A DNA stretch of 64,000 nucleotides from a virus (Duplodnaviria > Heunggongvirae > Uroviricota > Caudoviricetes), in IMG/VR virus record IMGVR_UViG_3300035210_000151; one strand, written 5' to 3'. The notes below the pieces were generated by a model that had not been told where the DNA came from, did not search any database, and saw only the letters and a list, made by a program, of their open reading frames with translations. Positions 50,424 to 59,900 of the stretch are shown here, one piece after another (position 1 is the stretch's first letter; each line of letters starts with the position of its first letter). Both the position numbers and the translations under genes were made by a program.

Positions 50424-51041
50424 TTAACGGAGCAAATAGTAAACAGCTTCTATATTTTCTTTGGTTATATTTTTTGTAAATTGTGTATATGAAATAATAT
50501 TGACTAGATTATGCAATTCAATATCGTCTACAAGCGTATCATTTACTCGAAAAGTTTTTTGAAGAAATTCATTTCTTTTTTCTATCTGGACAGTGTAATC
50601 GTTAAAAACTACATCTAAATAAGATCCATCCTGATCTGTTCTTAACGTATATTTACCCAAATGATTTATTGTACATCTATCATTAAGCTCCTGTTCTCTT
50701 TGTTCAGCAAGCCCATTTAAATTCATTTCTACAAAACCATGTTGATTATATGTGCCTGTTGATTGATTAGAACCCAATGAATCTTTATACCCCGGAAGTA
50801 TTTTTAGATAATTTTTTAATTTAACAGCATCTTGATTCTCAGTTATGAATTTTGTTAAATCATCTAAATTTGAACTTTGTGGGTATTTTTCTTTGTAGCT
50901 TAATTCACACATAGATTCGATCAGCATTAATGCACGACTAGACCACATATCCATACCACTGTTGTTGCTAAGAAACGTTTCACCGTAAAAACCACAGATG
51001 TTGGCTATATTTTTTATCTTTATATATTCATTATAATACAT
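50424..51041 (-). CDS. DotL all-alpha-domain-like family protein, copy 4
   Basis: GMDMWSSRAL, LKNYLKILPGY, QHGFVEMNL. Confidence 0.7.
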   Translation of the reverse strand: MYYNEYIKIKNIANICGFYGETFLSNNSGMDMWSSRALMLIESMCELSYKEKYPQSSNLDDLTKFITENQDAVKLKNYLKILPGYKDSLGSNQSTGTYNQHGFVEMNLNGLAEQREQELNDRCTINHLGKYTLRTDQDGSYLDVVFNDYTVQIEKRNEFLQKTFRVNDTLVDDIELHNLVNIISYTQFTKNITKENIEAVYYLLR

Positions 51042-51105
51042 CAGTTAACATCCTCTTTTACAGTATGCTAGCATTAGAATGATAACTTTCAATAGATAGA
51101 TAATA

Positions 51106-51717
51106 TTAACGAAGAAAGTAATAGGCAGCTTCTGTGTTAACAACAGTAGGATCTTTTACAATATTACTATAGTTAATCAAATTAATGAGTTCTTCCATTT
51201 TTATATCTGGGACACTACGGTTATTGACCATGAAATTATGAGGATAGTTAACAGAGTTTCTTTCAATTTTAATCATCACATTTTCTGTCTTTATGTTTAA
51301 TTGTAAACCGTTCTTAATATTTTTTAAGTTCATTTCAATTAAAGAATCGTTGAAATACACACCACCCAAATTTGATTGGTTTCTATGTCTGAAATCATCT
51401 AAACAATGAAGAATGAAACCATGTATTTCATAATCTTTAATGGTTGGTTGTACACCTTCTTTATAATTGGAGATAAAATGATCCATGTATTTTCTTAACA
51501 TAGAAGCTTCTGGATTTTCTTTTATAAATTTAAGAACTGAATCCAAAGCAGCACTTTCAGGATATTTGCCATTATCACCAAGCTCGCACATGGCGTCTAA
51601 TAACAATAGTGCCCTTGATTCCCACATAACATCGTGATCAGCACAAATTAATGATTTTCCATAACAATCATAAATCATGATTAGATTTTTTATTTTAACA
51701 TACTCTTTGTATAGCAT
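51106..51717 (-). CDS. DotL all-alpha-domain-like family protein, copy 3
   Basis: VMWESRAL, MCEL, IHGFIL; ends AAYYFLR. Confidence 0.65.
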   Translation of the reverse strand: MLYKEYVKIKNLIMIYDCYGKSLICADHDVMWESRALLLLDAMCELGDNGKYPESAALDSVLKFIKENPEASMLRKYMDHFISNYKEGVQPTIKDYEIHGFILHCLDDFRHRNQSNLGGVYFNDSLIEMNLKNIKNGLQLNIKTENVMIKIERNSVNYPHNFMVNNRSVPDIKMEELINLINYSNIVKDPTVVNTEAAYYFLR

Positions 51718-51719
51718 GG

Positions 51720-52346
51720 TTAGCTTCTCTCACTGTTAAAAAAAAAGAAGGCTGCTTGTATATTTTGTAAGTTAATCTGTTTAACAAATCTAGCATAGGT
51801 AATAACATTTATCATCTCAGAGAATTTTAAATCTTCAAAGATAACATCATTGATAATGAACGTTTTTTCGTCTAATGCATAATCTCTTTCTATAGTTACT
51901 TTAAATCCTTGTAAATTGACATCCAAAAAATCACTAGTTATTTCATCTCTAAGTATATAGTCAGCATTAAAATCAGGATGACAATTTCCATAAATGTCTC
52001 CCATGTAACATTTTGGCAACCGATGTAGCCCATCACTGTGAAGACTATGATAGGATAATGTTTCCATACATTGTTTTGTTAGTTTTTTATTATATTTGGG
52101 GATGCTTGTTAAATATTCGTTTAATAATCTTGCCTCATAATTTTCATTTGAAAATTTGGTCAGATCACTTAGTTTTGAACTGATAGGATATTTACCAGTG
52201 GCCTCTAACTCGCACATTGCCATTAAGAGTCTTTCACTTCCTTCATACCTTATACTTCCTACCGATTTCTCATCGACAAAAGGTTTTTCGTAGATCTGAA
52301 ACAATCTCATTAAATTTTTAATTTTGATGTATTTTTCAAATAACAT
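51720..52346 (-). CDS. DotL all-alpha-domain-like family protein, copy 2
   Basis: YIKIKN, MCEL, KYP, LNEYLTSIPKY. Confidence 0.6.
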   Translation of the reverse strand: MLFEKYIKIKNLMRLFQIYEKPFVDEKSVGSIRYEGSERLLMAMCELEATGKYPISSKLSDLTKFSNENYEARLLNEYLTSIPKYNKKLTKQCMETLSYHSLHSDGLHRLPKCYMGDIYGNCHPDFNADYILRDEITSDFLDVNLQGFKVTIERDYALDEKTFIINDVIFEDLKFSEMINVITYARFVKQINLQNIQAAFFFFNSERS

Positions 52347-52363
52347 GATTATATTTATCCTTA

Positions 52364-52996
52364 TTATCTTAAAAAGTTATAAGCGACTTGTATATTTTTT
52401 AAATTTAATTCTTTGACAATAGTAGCATAATTAATGAGATTGATCAATTCATTAATCTCAATATCTTCAAACATGATTCCATTGATTTTAAATGATCTTT
52501 TATTAAAGTGATGTAAGTGTTCAACGCTCAAAAGAACGCCATTAGAATTAACATTTAAATAACTACCATCCTTATCTTCTTCAACGTATAAAGAAATGAT
52601 GTTATCCAGTTTGTAGTAAGGTTGAAATTGACTAAACTTATTACTTCTATGTTCAATTTCATTTAATTCAAGCATTGCGAGACGGTGCTGGTAATATGTT
52701 TCTTTGGGTTGGTTACAATAAAGGCTTTCATCATATCCGGGGATGTTGTGTATATAATTGTTTAATTTTTTGGCTTCTGGATTTTCATTGACGAATTTTA
52801 TCAGGTCATTTAAATCTGTACTTTCTGGGTATTTATTTTTGTTTTCCAATTCACAAAAAACAGCCACTAATAATCTACCAATTGTACAATCGTTATCTTT
52901 TTTATTAACTAAAAATATATCATAGTATTTCTTACTGTCATAAAATTTACAAATATCCATTTTGTTTTTAATAGTAATAAATTCATGTTTGTACAT
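52364..52996 (-). CDS. DotL all-alpha-domain-like family protein, copy 1
   Basis: FCEL, KYPES, LNNYIHNIPGY, QH; ends VAYNFLR. Confidence 0.6.
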   Translation of the reverse strand: MYKHEFITIKNKMDICKFYDSKKYYDIFLVNKKDNDCTIGRLLVAVFCELENKNKYPESTDLNDLIKFVNENPEAKKLNNYIHNIPGYDESLYCNQPKETYYQHRLAMLELNEIEHRSNKFSQFQPYYKLDNIISLYVEEDKDGSYLNVNSNGVLLSVEHLHHFNKRSFKINGIMFEDIEINELINLINYATIVKELNLKNIQVAYNFLR

Positions 52997-52998
52997 AA

Positions 52999-53535
52999 CT
53001 ACCTCAATATCGACAATATTTCATTAAATCGTTTATTATCCAGTTTATAATTCAATTTGTAGTTTGAAATGAAAATTTCAAAATCACTGGCCCGTTTAAA
53101 CGTCAGTTTACCTCTGTTCTTTTTCCGTTCTATGAACCCACCCAAATAGCGTATGGTATTAATTTCAGTCAATTTATAATACATTTTATCGCCGTTCTCA
53201 TATTCAATAATGATAATAGCCGTATTCATTTTTATCTTTAATCCATCATAAACAAAATCATGTGCCCGATGTTTTAATAATGACTGCATAAGTTTTTCAT
53301 GTTTTTCTGCTGTTGTCATGTCTAGGTATTTTCTTAACTCTCTATTGTCCACAATGTTGTATGTTTTATCAGACAGCTTAATGAGATCGTCATAACGTAA
53401 CGATTTGGGTGACATGGGATGACTGGTTATCATTTTCATGAATGACCATTCTGCTTTCATATTGATACCGAAGAGTTTCAACACTTCAAAATAGGTCAGT
53501 AAGCTTTTATTTCTTCGGTAACTGTAATCTAGCAT
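52999..53535 (-). CDS. hypothetical protein
   Basis: AAGGA RBS; same operon as the five-gene array; ends ILSILR. Confidence 0.7.
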   Translation of the reverse strand: MLDYSYRRNKSLLTYFEVLKLFGINMKAEWSFMKMITSHPMSPKSLRYDDLIKLSDKTYNIVDNRELRKYLDMTTAEKHEKLMQSLLKHRAHDFVYDGLKIKMNTAIIIIEYENGDKMYYKLTEINTIRYLGGFIERKKNRGKLTFKRASDFEIFISNYKLNYKLDNKRFNEILSILR

Positions 53536-53556
53536 TATGTCATCCTTTAATGTTGG

Positions 53557-54165
53557 TTAAAATTTAATCATCTCTAATACATCTGTTGTGAACTCAGAGT
53601 ATTCATCAATGTTATTCATGTAAGTAAAAATTTCTTCTGATGTATCGAAAAAATAGTTTTTAAAACAGGTTGTTCTCTTTTTATCTTTATTGTAAATATG
53701 AAGCAATCTAAATTTATCTTCATATTTTAATAAGGTGACTTTATGTATACCACATTCAATAACGACAACATCGTCTGAATATTTTACACCCGTGCATTGT
53801 CTAGCCAGTCCTTTGTTGGTAGGAAGTTCAATTTGTATCAGCAAGGCTATAATTTGAATAGTTTCGTCAATAAGCTTGTCATTCAAAATATTGCCTAGAT
53901 TTTGACAAGATGTTTTATTATTTACCGCATCATTGATAATATGGTCAATTTCTCCACCATCTAATACCTTTAATAAATCAAATACAGTTTTATTGAATAA
54001 TCTTTTTGATTCATAAACAGATTCGAAAATAGCAATAGCGAGTAAGGCTTTGTTATTATCATTATTCATCAGATGATCATTTACGATGTTGATATTTTCA
54101 TACCATTTTTCCATCATCTTTTTGAATGCCCCATGATCTTTAATCTTTCTAGCTCTTGTGCTCAT
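53557..54165 (-). CDS. hypothetical protein, MxxI-type motif
   Basis: Ends TDVLEMIKF; GGAG RBS. Confidence 0.75.
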   Translation of the reverse strand: MSTRARKIKDHGAFKKMMEKWYENINIVNDHLMNNDNNKALLAIAIFESVYESKRLFNKTVFDLLKVLDGGEIDHIINDAVNNKTSCQNLGNILNDKLIDETIQIIALLIQIELPTNKGLARQCTGVKYSDDVVVIECGIHKVTLLKYEDKFRLLHIYNKDKKRTTCFKNYFFDTSEEIFTYMNNIDEYSEFTTDVLEMIKF

Positions 54166-54232
54166 TAAGATCTCCATATACAGAATAAAATTTTGTCTAT
54201 ATTATCACATTATCTTAAAAATATCAACTTAA

Positions 54233-54261
54233 TTGACTGTACCTCAACCCTATGATATAAT
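54233..54261 (+). promoter_or_regulatory. sigma70-type promoter
   Basis: TTGACT-17-TATAAT with TG extension. Confidence 0.75.
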
Positions 54262-54290
54262 CCCTATTCAATCAACAGAGTTCATAAACT

Positions 54291-54806
54291 ATGACCGATA
54301 TTCATGGAAATCTTTCTCGTTTAGCCTGCTTTTTTAATGGTTACTATGAGAAGCGTGACGATAAATTTGAGAAAGATGTTATTGCAAGCTATTGCAATGA
54401 TGATATTTTCTGTGGCCTTTTTTTAAGTCATCTTAAAGTTATTGTGCATATTGATGAACGTGGTCGTGAAAGTGTTCCACGTCACCTTGAAAAAGATGAC
54501 CTTGAAACCTATATGTCTATTGTGAATGATTCTTACTTGTATGTTGTTCAGGAGTGTGGTGAGTTCAAACCTTATCATGGTGGTGGTGAAGAAGGTGTTC
54601 ATCTTCCGCATATTGAGAAAATCATTACAAAGAATTTTCCTGCAATATTGTATGTTGATGCTTTAAAAATGATTAAAGAAATCAATGCCATTACTAACTA
54701 TGGTTATTACGAAGTGCATGACTACTACACAGATGATGTCTATTACCAGTATAAGTATATTAAAATTGAAGAATTGATAAAAGTATTGGAGAAATACATA
54801 AAATGA
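54291..54806 (+). CDS. hypothetical protein
   Basis: 171-aa ORF after promoter. Confidence 0.75.
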   Translation: MTDIHGNLSRLACFFNGYYEKRDDKFEKDVIASYCNDDIFCGLFLSHLKVIVHIDERGRESVPRHLEKDDLETYMSIVNDSYLYVVQECGEFKPYHGGGEEGVHLPHIEKIITKNFPAILYVDALKMIKEINAITNYGYYEVHDYYTDDVYYQYKYIKIEELIKVLEKYIK

Positions 54807-55261
54807 GCGACCCTATTGAAGACGAAAAAACTGAAAAAATCAGTAACATCACTGATCTTATTTTTATTTCGCTGGCCGCAGTCGCTTATATGTTTCATGT
54901 ACAATATCCTGCATTGTCGAATTTTTTGGCGACGTTCATTGGTGCTACCTTTATTGTCTTTTGTCTACCTCATTTTTACATGATGTGGCGTGAAAAAACA
55001 GTGCTTAATTATCATTTTTTGAAATACATTCTGACCACTTATGAGCATCGTGTAAGCTTTGTCCTCAGAAACACTATTGTTTATTTTATCTACTATTATA
55101 TTTGGTCGTTCAACCAAAATGATGCCTACTTTATTGGATTGAGCACTGTAGTTGCATTTGATTTGATTATTTTAGCGAATATTATCAGTTCAAGACGTAT
55201 TGAAAAACTAAAGGTTCGTTTTGCGGCCATGCCACCACCTGTCACAACTGAAAAAGAATAA
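54803..55261 (+). CDS. membrane protein (about 4 TM)
   Basis: ATGA overlap with upstream gene; hydrophobic. Confidence 0.75.
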   Translation: MSDPIEDEKTEKISNITDLIFISLAAVAYMFHVQYPALSNFLATFIGATFIVFCLPHFYMMWREKTVLNYHFLKYILTTYEHRVSFVLRNTIVYFIYYYIWSFNQNDAYFIGLSTVVAFDLIILANIISSRRIEKLKVRFAAMPPPVTTEKE

Positions 55262-55278
55262 TTAAATGACAAAAGAAT

Positions 55279-55301
55279 GGAGCTTCGGCTCCTTTTTTTT
55301 T
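55279..55301 (+). terminator. intrinsic terminator (UUCG loop)
   Basis: GGAGC-TTCG-GCTCC plus T run. Confidence 0.8.
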
Positions 55302-55390
55302 ACTTTTTTTCGAAAAAACTTATTTTTGGAATTGAATGAAAAAAAGCTTATGGTACAATGTTTTTTATTAGTTAATAGAAGGAACTTATA

Positions 55391-55987
55391 ATGGCAAAAT
55401 TGTATTTTAGGCACGCGGTAATGAATTCTGGTAAAAGTTTGGCTCTACTTCAAGTAAATCACAACTATGTATCAATCGGTAAAAAAACTGTTTTATTCTC
55501 ACATAAATTAGATGATAGATTTGGTGAAAATGTTATTGCGTCAAGGCTGGGTGTATCGGCTGACAGTGTTGCAGTGTTTGAAGACCTTAATTTATTTGAC
55601 CATGTAAAATCAAGAATTGAAGCGGGTGAACCGATTGCTTGTGTTCTTTGTGATGAAGTCCAATTCTACACAGATCTACAAATAGAACAACTCTCAGACA
55701 TCGTAGACTTCCTTAACGTTCCTGTGATTTGTTACGGTTTAAAATTATCCGCTTTTGGTGAACTTTTTGGTGCAGCTAAGCGTCTAATCGAACTGGCTGA
55801 TGAAATAGAAGAATTAAAGCATGTCTGCTGGTGTGCAAAACGTGCTACCATGATTATTCGTCATGATGAACATGGTAATGTCATAAAGTCAGGTAACCTT
55901 GTTGATGTAGGTGCTGAAAGCAAATATCGCTCAGTCTGCCGAAAACACTGGAAACTTGGTATTTACGAAGCCCCAAAAGACGAGTAA
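55391..55987 (+). CDS. tdk: thymidine kinase
   Basis: MNSGKS P-loop, DEVQF, VICYGL, Zn ligands CWC...CRKH. Confidence 0.95.
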   Translation: MAKLYFRHAVMNSGKSLALLQVNHNYVSIGKKTVLFSHKLDDRFGENVIASRLGVSADSVAVFEDLNLFDHVKSRIEAGEPIACVLCDEVQFYTDLQIEQLSDIVDFLNVPVICYGLKLSAFGELFGAAKRLIELADEIEELKHVCWCAKRATMIIRHDEHGNVIKSGNLVDVGAESKYRSVCRKHWKLGIYEAPKDE

Positions 55988-56044
55988 ACCTTTCAATTTT
56001 CGTTCTCTTATGATATAATGTTGAAAATCTACGGAGAACACAAC

Positions 56045-56872
56045 ATGTCTAAAATGATGCTTGTTAACAAACAATTTCTTGCTGCTGTTTTTGGTTTGAG
56101 CTACCTTGTTAAAGGGAGTAGTTCCAGACATGAGCATCACATTTTGGAAGTGTTGGATCAGCCATATATCTTCAATAGCGATGATTGTGATGAAGATGAT
56201 CCAGAAGTTCCTAATACTTCTTTGGTTGAACAGCCATATGGTTACAATCATTCTAGCCCACAATCTGCTTATGCCGACCTTTTGTCGAAAAACAAGTCTG
56301 TCTTGAATGATAAAATTTCTCGATTTGAAACTGAAAATCTTAAATTTGGTAATAAGGTTCTGTTGCTTCGTCATTCCCTTGGTCTGTTGCCAGAAAGACG
56401 AATGGCGACCATTACTCGTAAACTGAACGAAGTTGAAGAATTTAAAAAGTTGGTTAAATCTACACCTAATTTGAAAGATATTCTTGTTTTACTTGAAGAT
56501 GAATATTACATTGTTGATGGGTTCATCAAACCAAACCAAACGTGTTATGTGTTTGAAAAAGCTCACAGTATTCACTTTTCAAGTGCTATCCATGAAGTGA
56601 CTGCTGTTAAAGTAGGTGTAAACCCCGTTAAAGGTGAGAAAAAAGAAGATAATAAGGTTTACATGAGCATCACTTTGCAAGGTATTAAGGAGCCTAAGCG
56701 TTTTAATATCGTCTGGTCTGATTTCAGTGATTTCAACGGTGATTACTTCAAAACTGGCACTACAGGTCAATTTGTGTTCACTGATAAAGACAAGTGCCTT
56801 GCTTTTGCAAAAGAGATGTTGAGCAAAGACATTGAAAAATTGCAAAACAACATGAATACCCTTACGGTGTAA
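56045..56872 (+). CDS. hypothetical protein, triplet family with next two genes
   Basis: C-terminal FNG...FVFTDKDKCLAFAK. Confidence 0.75.
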   Translation: MSKMMLVNKQFLAAVFGLSYLVKGSSSRHEHHILEVLDQPYIFNSDDCDEDDPEVPNTSLVEQPYGYNHSSPQSAYADLLSKNKSVLNDKISRFETENLKFGNKVLLLRHSLGLLPERRMATITRKLNEVEEFKKLVKSTPNLKDILVLLEDEYYIVDGFIKPNQTCYVFEKAHSIHFSSAIHEVTAVKVGVNPVKGEKKEDNKVYMSITLQGIKEPKRFNIVWSDFSDFNGDYFKTGTTGQFVFTDKDKCLAFAKEMLSKDIEKLQNNMNTLTV

Positions 56873-56940
56873 GGGTGTTTCTTTCATTTTTTATTTAATT
56901 AGTATATAATCCTATCATTCTTAAACTGAGGACTACTCAA

Positions 56941-57684
56941 ATGACTACCAATATCCAGACAGTTCATAGCGTTCCTTCGCATCAATTTTTACATTATTTT
57001 GGATTTCATATTGCCCTCATGAACAGAGGATATGATGGCGAACCTTGCGAGCTGCAGGAAGGCATTGGTAAACATTATGATGACTATGATTGCATTGAGA
57101 AATTTGAAAAGTTGTCAAATGTTGAACATTATCTTAAATTTTATTATAAAGAACGGCTGGATAATTATTCTGCACGATTGAGCAAGATTAAATGGAGCAT
57201 CAGCACTATTTTTAAACAACCTTTTTTTATCTTTGGTTTTTCTCCTAAGTTAAAAAGAAATATCGCAGAACTGAAAACAATTAAGGAACAATATAAAAAA
57301 CTATTGGCTGATCCATTGACATATACGCCCATTAAGAAATTGGATGAACACATTAATGTTCCTAAATATTTAATTGGCGAGCAGGATTATTATTACTATC
57401 CATCGCTTGTGAGAAGTCGGTTGGTTATTCGAAAATTGCACGTTGGTCAACGTATTATTGAAAAAGCTAGTCATTTCCCGCCATACACTCATTGTTTCAG
57501 TTATGATTTTTATGATATTAATGATAAAAACTTCAAATTACATTATTCTTTTTTAAGTCTTTTTACATTTGATGGAATTAAATGGGGTAACGAATTAGGT
57601 AATGATATGTTGTTTCTTTCGGAAGAAGATGCAAAGAATCATGTCACTGAGTTCTACAAAGACCAACTGACTACCATTGCATAA
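56941..57684 (+). CDS. hypothetical protein, triplet family
   Basis: FDG...LFLSEEDAK. Confidence 0.75.
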   Translation: MTTNIQTVHSVPSHQFLHYFGFHIALMNRGYDGEPCELQEGIGKHYDDYDCIEKFEKLSNVEHYLKFYYKERLDNYSARLSKIKWSISTIFKQPFFIFGFSPKLKRNIAELKTIKEQYKKLLADPLTYTPIKKLDEHINVPKYLIGEQDYYYYPSLVRSRLVIRKLHVGQRIIEKASHFPPYTHCFSYDFYDINDKNFKLHYSFLSLFTFDGIKWGNELGNDMLFLSEEDAKNHVTEFYKDQLTTIA

Positions 57685-57777
57685 TTGATATTCAATTCGG
57701 TATGAAAGATGATTAAACTTGTCTTTCATGTCGTCATCCTGTATAATGCAGTCATTAAACTATTTGAGGCTATCATC

Positions 57778-58623
57778 ATGAAAGAGATCGACAACATTCA
57801 AACTCCAGTAAAAGTTGATATCCGTCAAATTCTCAATACCTATGGCTCTCATTACACGGTTAAGCATAATCGTGATAAAAAAACACTTAAACCTATTTTT
57901 GACTTCAAGCTTTCAATTCATGAAGAAATTGGTGAAAAAGATAAACACAACGAATGGGCACACCAGTATGCAACCTTTGATGATGCCTACAAATCAGCCT
58001 GTAATACTGTTGAGGTCATTAAAAGAGATACGTTGACTCAATATGAAGAACGTGAAGCCAGCTTTTCATGGAAATTTCACAAACTCATGTCAAAACTTGG
58101 TCTGCTGAGTGTTCAAGACAACGATGAATTGAAAGAACATGCTTCTATTGTTGCTCAATTGAAAAAAGATATTGAAGACCTTAAAAATAAAACAGCTAAA
58201 TTTGATGTTGTCTTGTTGAATGGTGAATACAATATGCCATCACATATGCCAGAATTGGGTAAAACGTATTACATGCTTAATATTAATAATTTGGCTAACG
58301 TCAAGCTGACACCGATGAAGTTGATTCCAGAAGAAGTTGCCATTTATGACTATCGTGGTTCGAGTAGCAATGATAAGTTCGCTGATCAATTCGACTTTAA
58401 ATTTAGTCATTACTTTGAAGGCCCAAATGGTGAAAGCACTATGATTGACTCTGACCGCTTGGTTCGTTTTAATGGTCAATACTGGAACTTAGGCATCATG
58501 AATTATTATTTGTTTGTTGATGAAAAAGAAGCCTTGGCATTTGCTAAAAAATGTGCCGAAAATAAAGTAGCGGGAATGCAAGCTGAATTGATTGCAATTG
58601 CGGAATCAATGGCTAAGCTTTAA
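57778..58623 (+). CDS. hypothetical protein, triplet family
   Basis: FNG...LFVDEKEALAFAK; GAGG RBS. Confidence 0.75.
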   Translation: MKEIDNIQTPVKVDIRQILNTYGSHYTVKHNRDKKTLKPIFDFKLSIHEEIGEKDKHNEWAHQYATFDDAYKSACNTVEVIKRDTLTQYEEREASFSWKFHKLMSKLGLLSVQDNDELKEHASIVAQLKKDIEDLKNKTAKFDVVLLNGEYNMPSHMPELGKTYYMLNINNLANVKLTPMKLIPEEVAIYDYRGSSSNDKFADQFDFKFSHYFEGPNGESTMIDSDRLVRFNGQYWNLGIMNYYLFVDEKEALAFAKKCAENKVAGMQAELIAIAESMAKL

Positions 58624-58762
58624 TTATACTGTCATAACCCTTAGCCATATTTTGACCGATATGGCTCATTTCATCATAAATTAATGATAACTATTCTTAG
58701 ATTGACTTAATTGCTCATATTTGATATACTTGCCTCATTTAACCAATCAGCAGGTATATCCT

Positions 58763-59218
58763 ATGAGTGTTCAAGTTAACAGTCTTCTTATTTCAACAGC
58801 AGAAATGGTTCAAGATATTAAAAACCTTTTAACCTACGATAGCAATTTTGCCATCTGGACAAAACAAGGTATTAAAAGTCCTGTCTTTATTGTTGATATT
58901 GCCAAACAAGCTGGTTTTAAAGTCTTTGTCATCAATGATATGCGTTATGTAGACAAATTTGAAGCAGATTTAGCAGCGGCAAAACTTGCTGCTCATCCAG
59001 TTGTTGTCGTCTTTCCCAACATTAATAAATTCTTTGATTTTCAATATGCTTATTGGGATGTTTTTATTGAAATGCTGACCCATCGTAAAGTTGGCAATGT
59101 TAAACTGTCTGTAGGTGATTTTATTGTTGCTACTGGCGAGTTGAATAATCAAGGTAATTTTTTCGATACTGTCCCTTCTAAAATTACAGAGCGTTTGCTC
59201 AATTATCGAATTATCTAA
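58763..59218 (+). CDS. degenerate MoxR/AAA+-like protein; paralog of 59295-59828
   Basis: HRKVGNVKL, FIVATGE, ERL match AAA sensor/R-finger region; no Walker A. Confidence 0.5.
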   Translation: MSVQVNSLLISTAEMVQDIKNLLTYDSNFAIWTKQGIKSPVFIVDIAKQAGFKVFVINDMRYVDKFEADLAAAKLAAHPVVVVFPNINKFFDFQYAYWDVFIEMLTHRKVGNVKLSVGDFIVATGELNNQGNFFDTVPSKITERLLNYRII

Positions 59219-59229
59219 ACATTATAGTG

Positions 59230-59258
59230 TTGACGTTGTGGGCCGTATTTGTTATAAT
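59230..59258 (+). promoter_or_regulatory. sigma70-type promoter
   Basis: TTGACG-17-TATAAT with TG extension. Confidence 0.75.
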
Positions 59259-59294
59259 ATGGCCTTAAATCACTAAACCATTAAGGTAAATGAC

Positions 59295-59828
59295 ATGAAT
59301 ACTCAAGTAGAACGTTCGATTGTTTCAGCACAAACTCTGACACCTATTTTGAAGCCATTGATTGCAACCCAGCTTAACTTCCTTGTTTGGTCTAAACAGA
59401 ATGTTGAAATTTATGATGGTATGATTGATGCTGTTTCTCAGGCTGGCTTTTATGTCATTGTACTTAAAAATGTTGCAGACATTGCACGAAAAATTCGTGA
59501 AGCTCAACACAATGCTCTTATTAACGATGAGCCTATTGAATTGATTGATGATGAATTGGTTAATGAAGTTTTGACTGCAAAAGCGGCTGGTAAGAAAGTG
59601 GCTGTTATGTTTCATGAAGTAGAACGTTTCTCAGAGGAAGCATTACTTTTCTTGGCTTTCGCATTAACTGATAAACGCATTGCTCATGTTGAACTCGACA
59701 AAAATGATTTGATTTTTGCCACAGGAAACATGAATGATAAAGGCAATCCAGACTTTCCAGAAAATATTTACCGAAGCAGTCGGTTTGATATGGTATCTGC
59801 ACGTTTTATGAATTACAGATACGAATAA
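59295..59828 (+). CDS. degenerate MoxR/AAA+-like protein
   Basis: VMFHEVER (Walker-B-like), LIFATGN, ARF; no Walker A. Confidence 0.5.
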   Translation: MNTQVERSIVSAQTLTPILKPLIATQLNFLVWSKQNVEIYDGMIDAVSQAGFYVIVLKNVADIARKIREAQHNALINDEPIELIDDELVNEVLTAKAAGKKVAVMFHEVERFSEEALLFLAFALTDKRIAHVELDKNDLIFATGNMNDKGNPDFPENIYRSSRFDMVSARFMNYRYE

Positions 59829-59900
59829 TACTTGTTGATTTTGTGTTAAACTTTTGATACAATAATGGTTCATAAATAGTATTACTACCGAGGATTTAAA

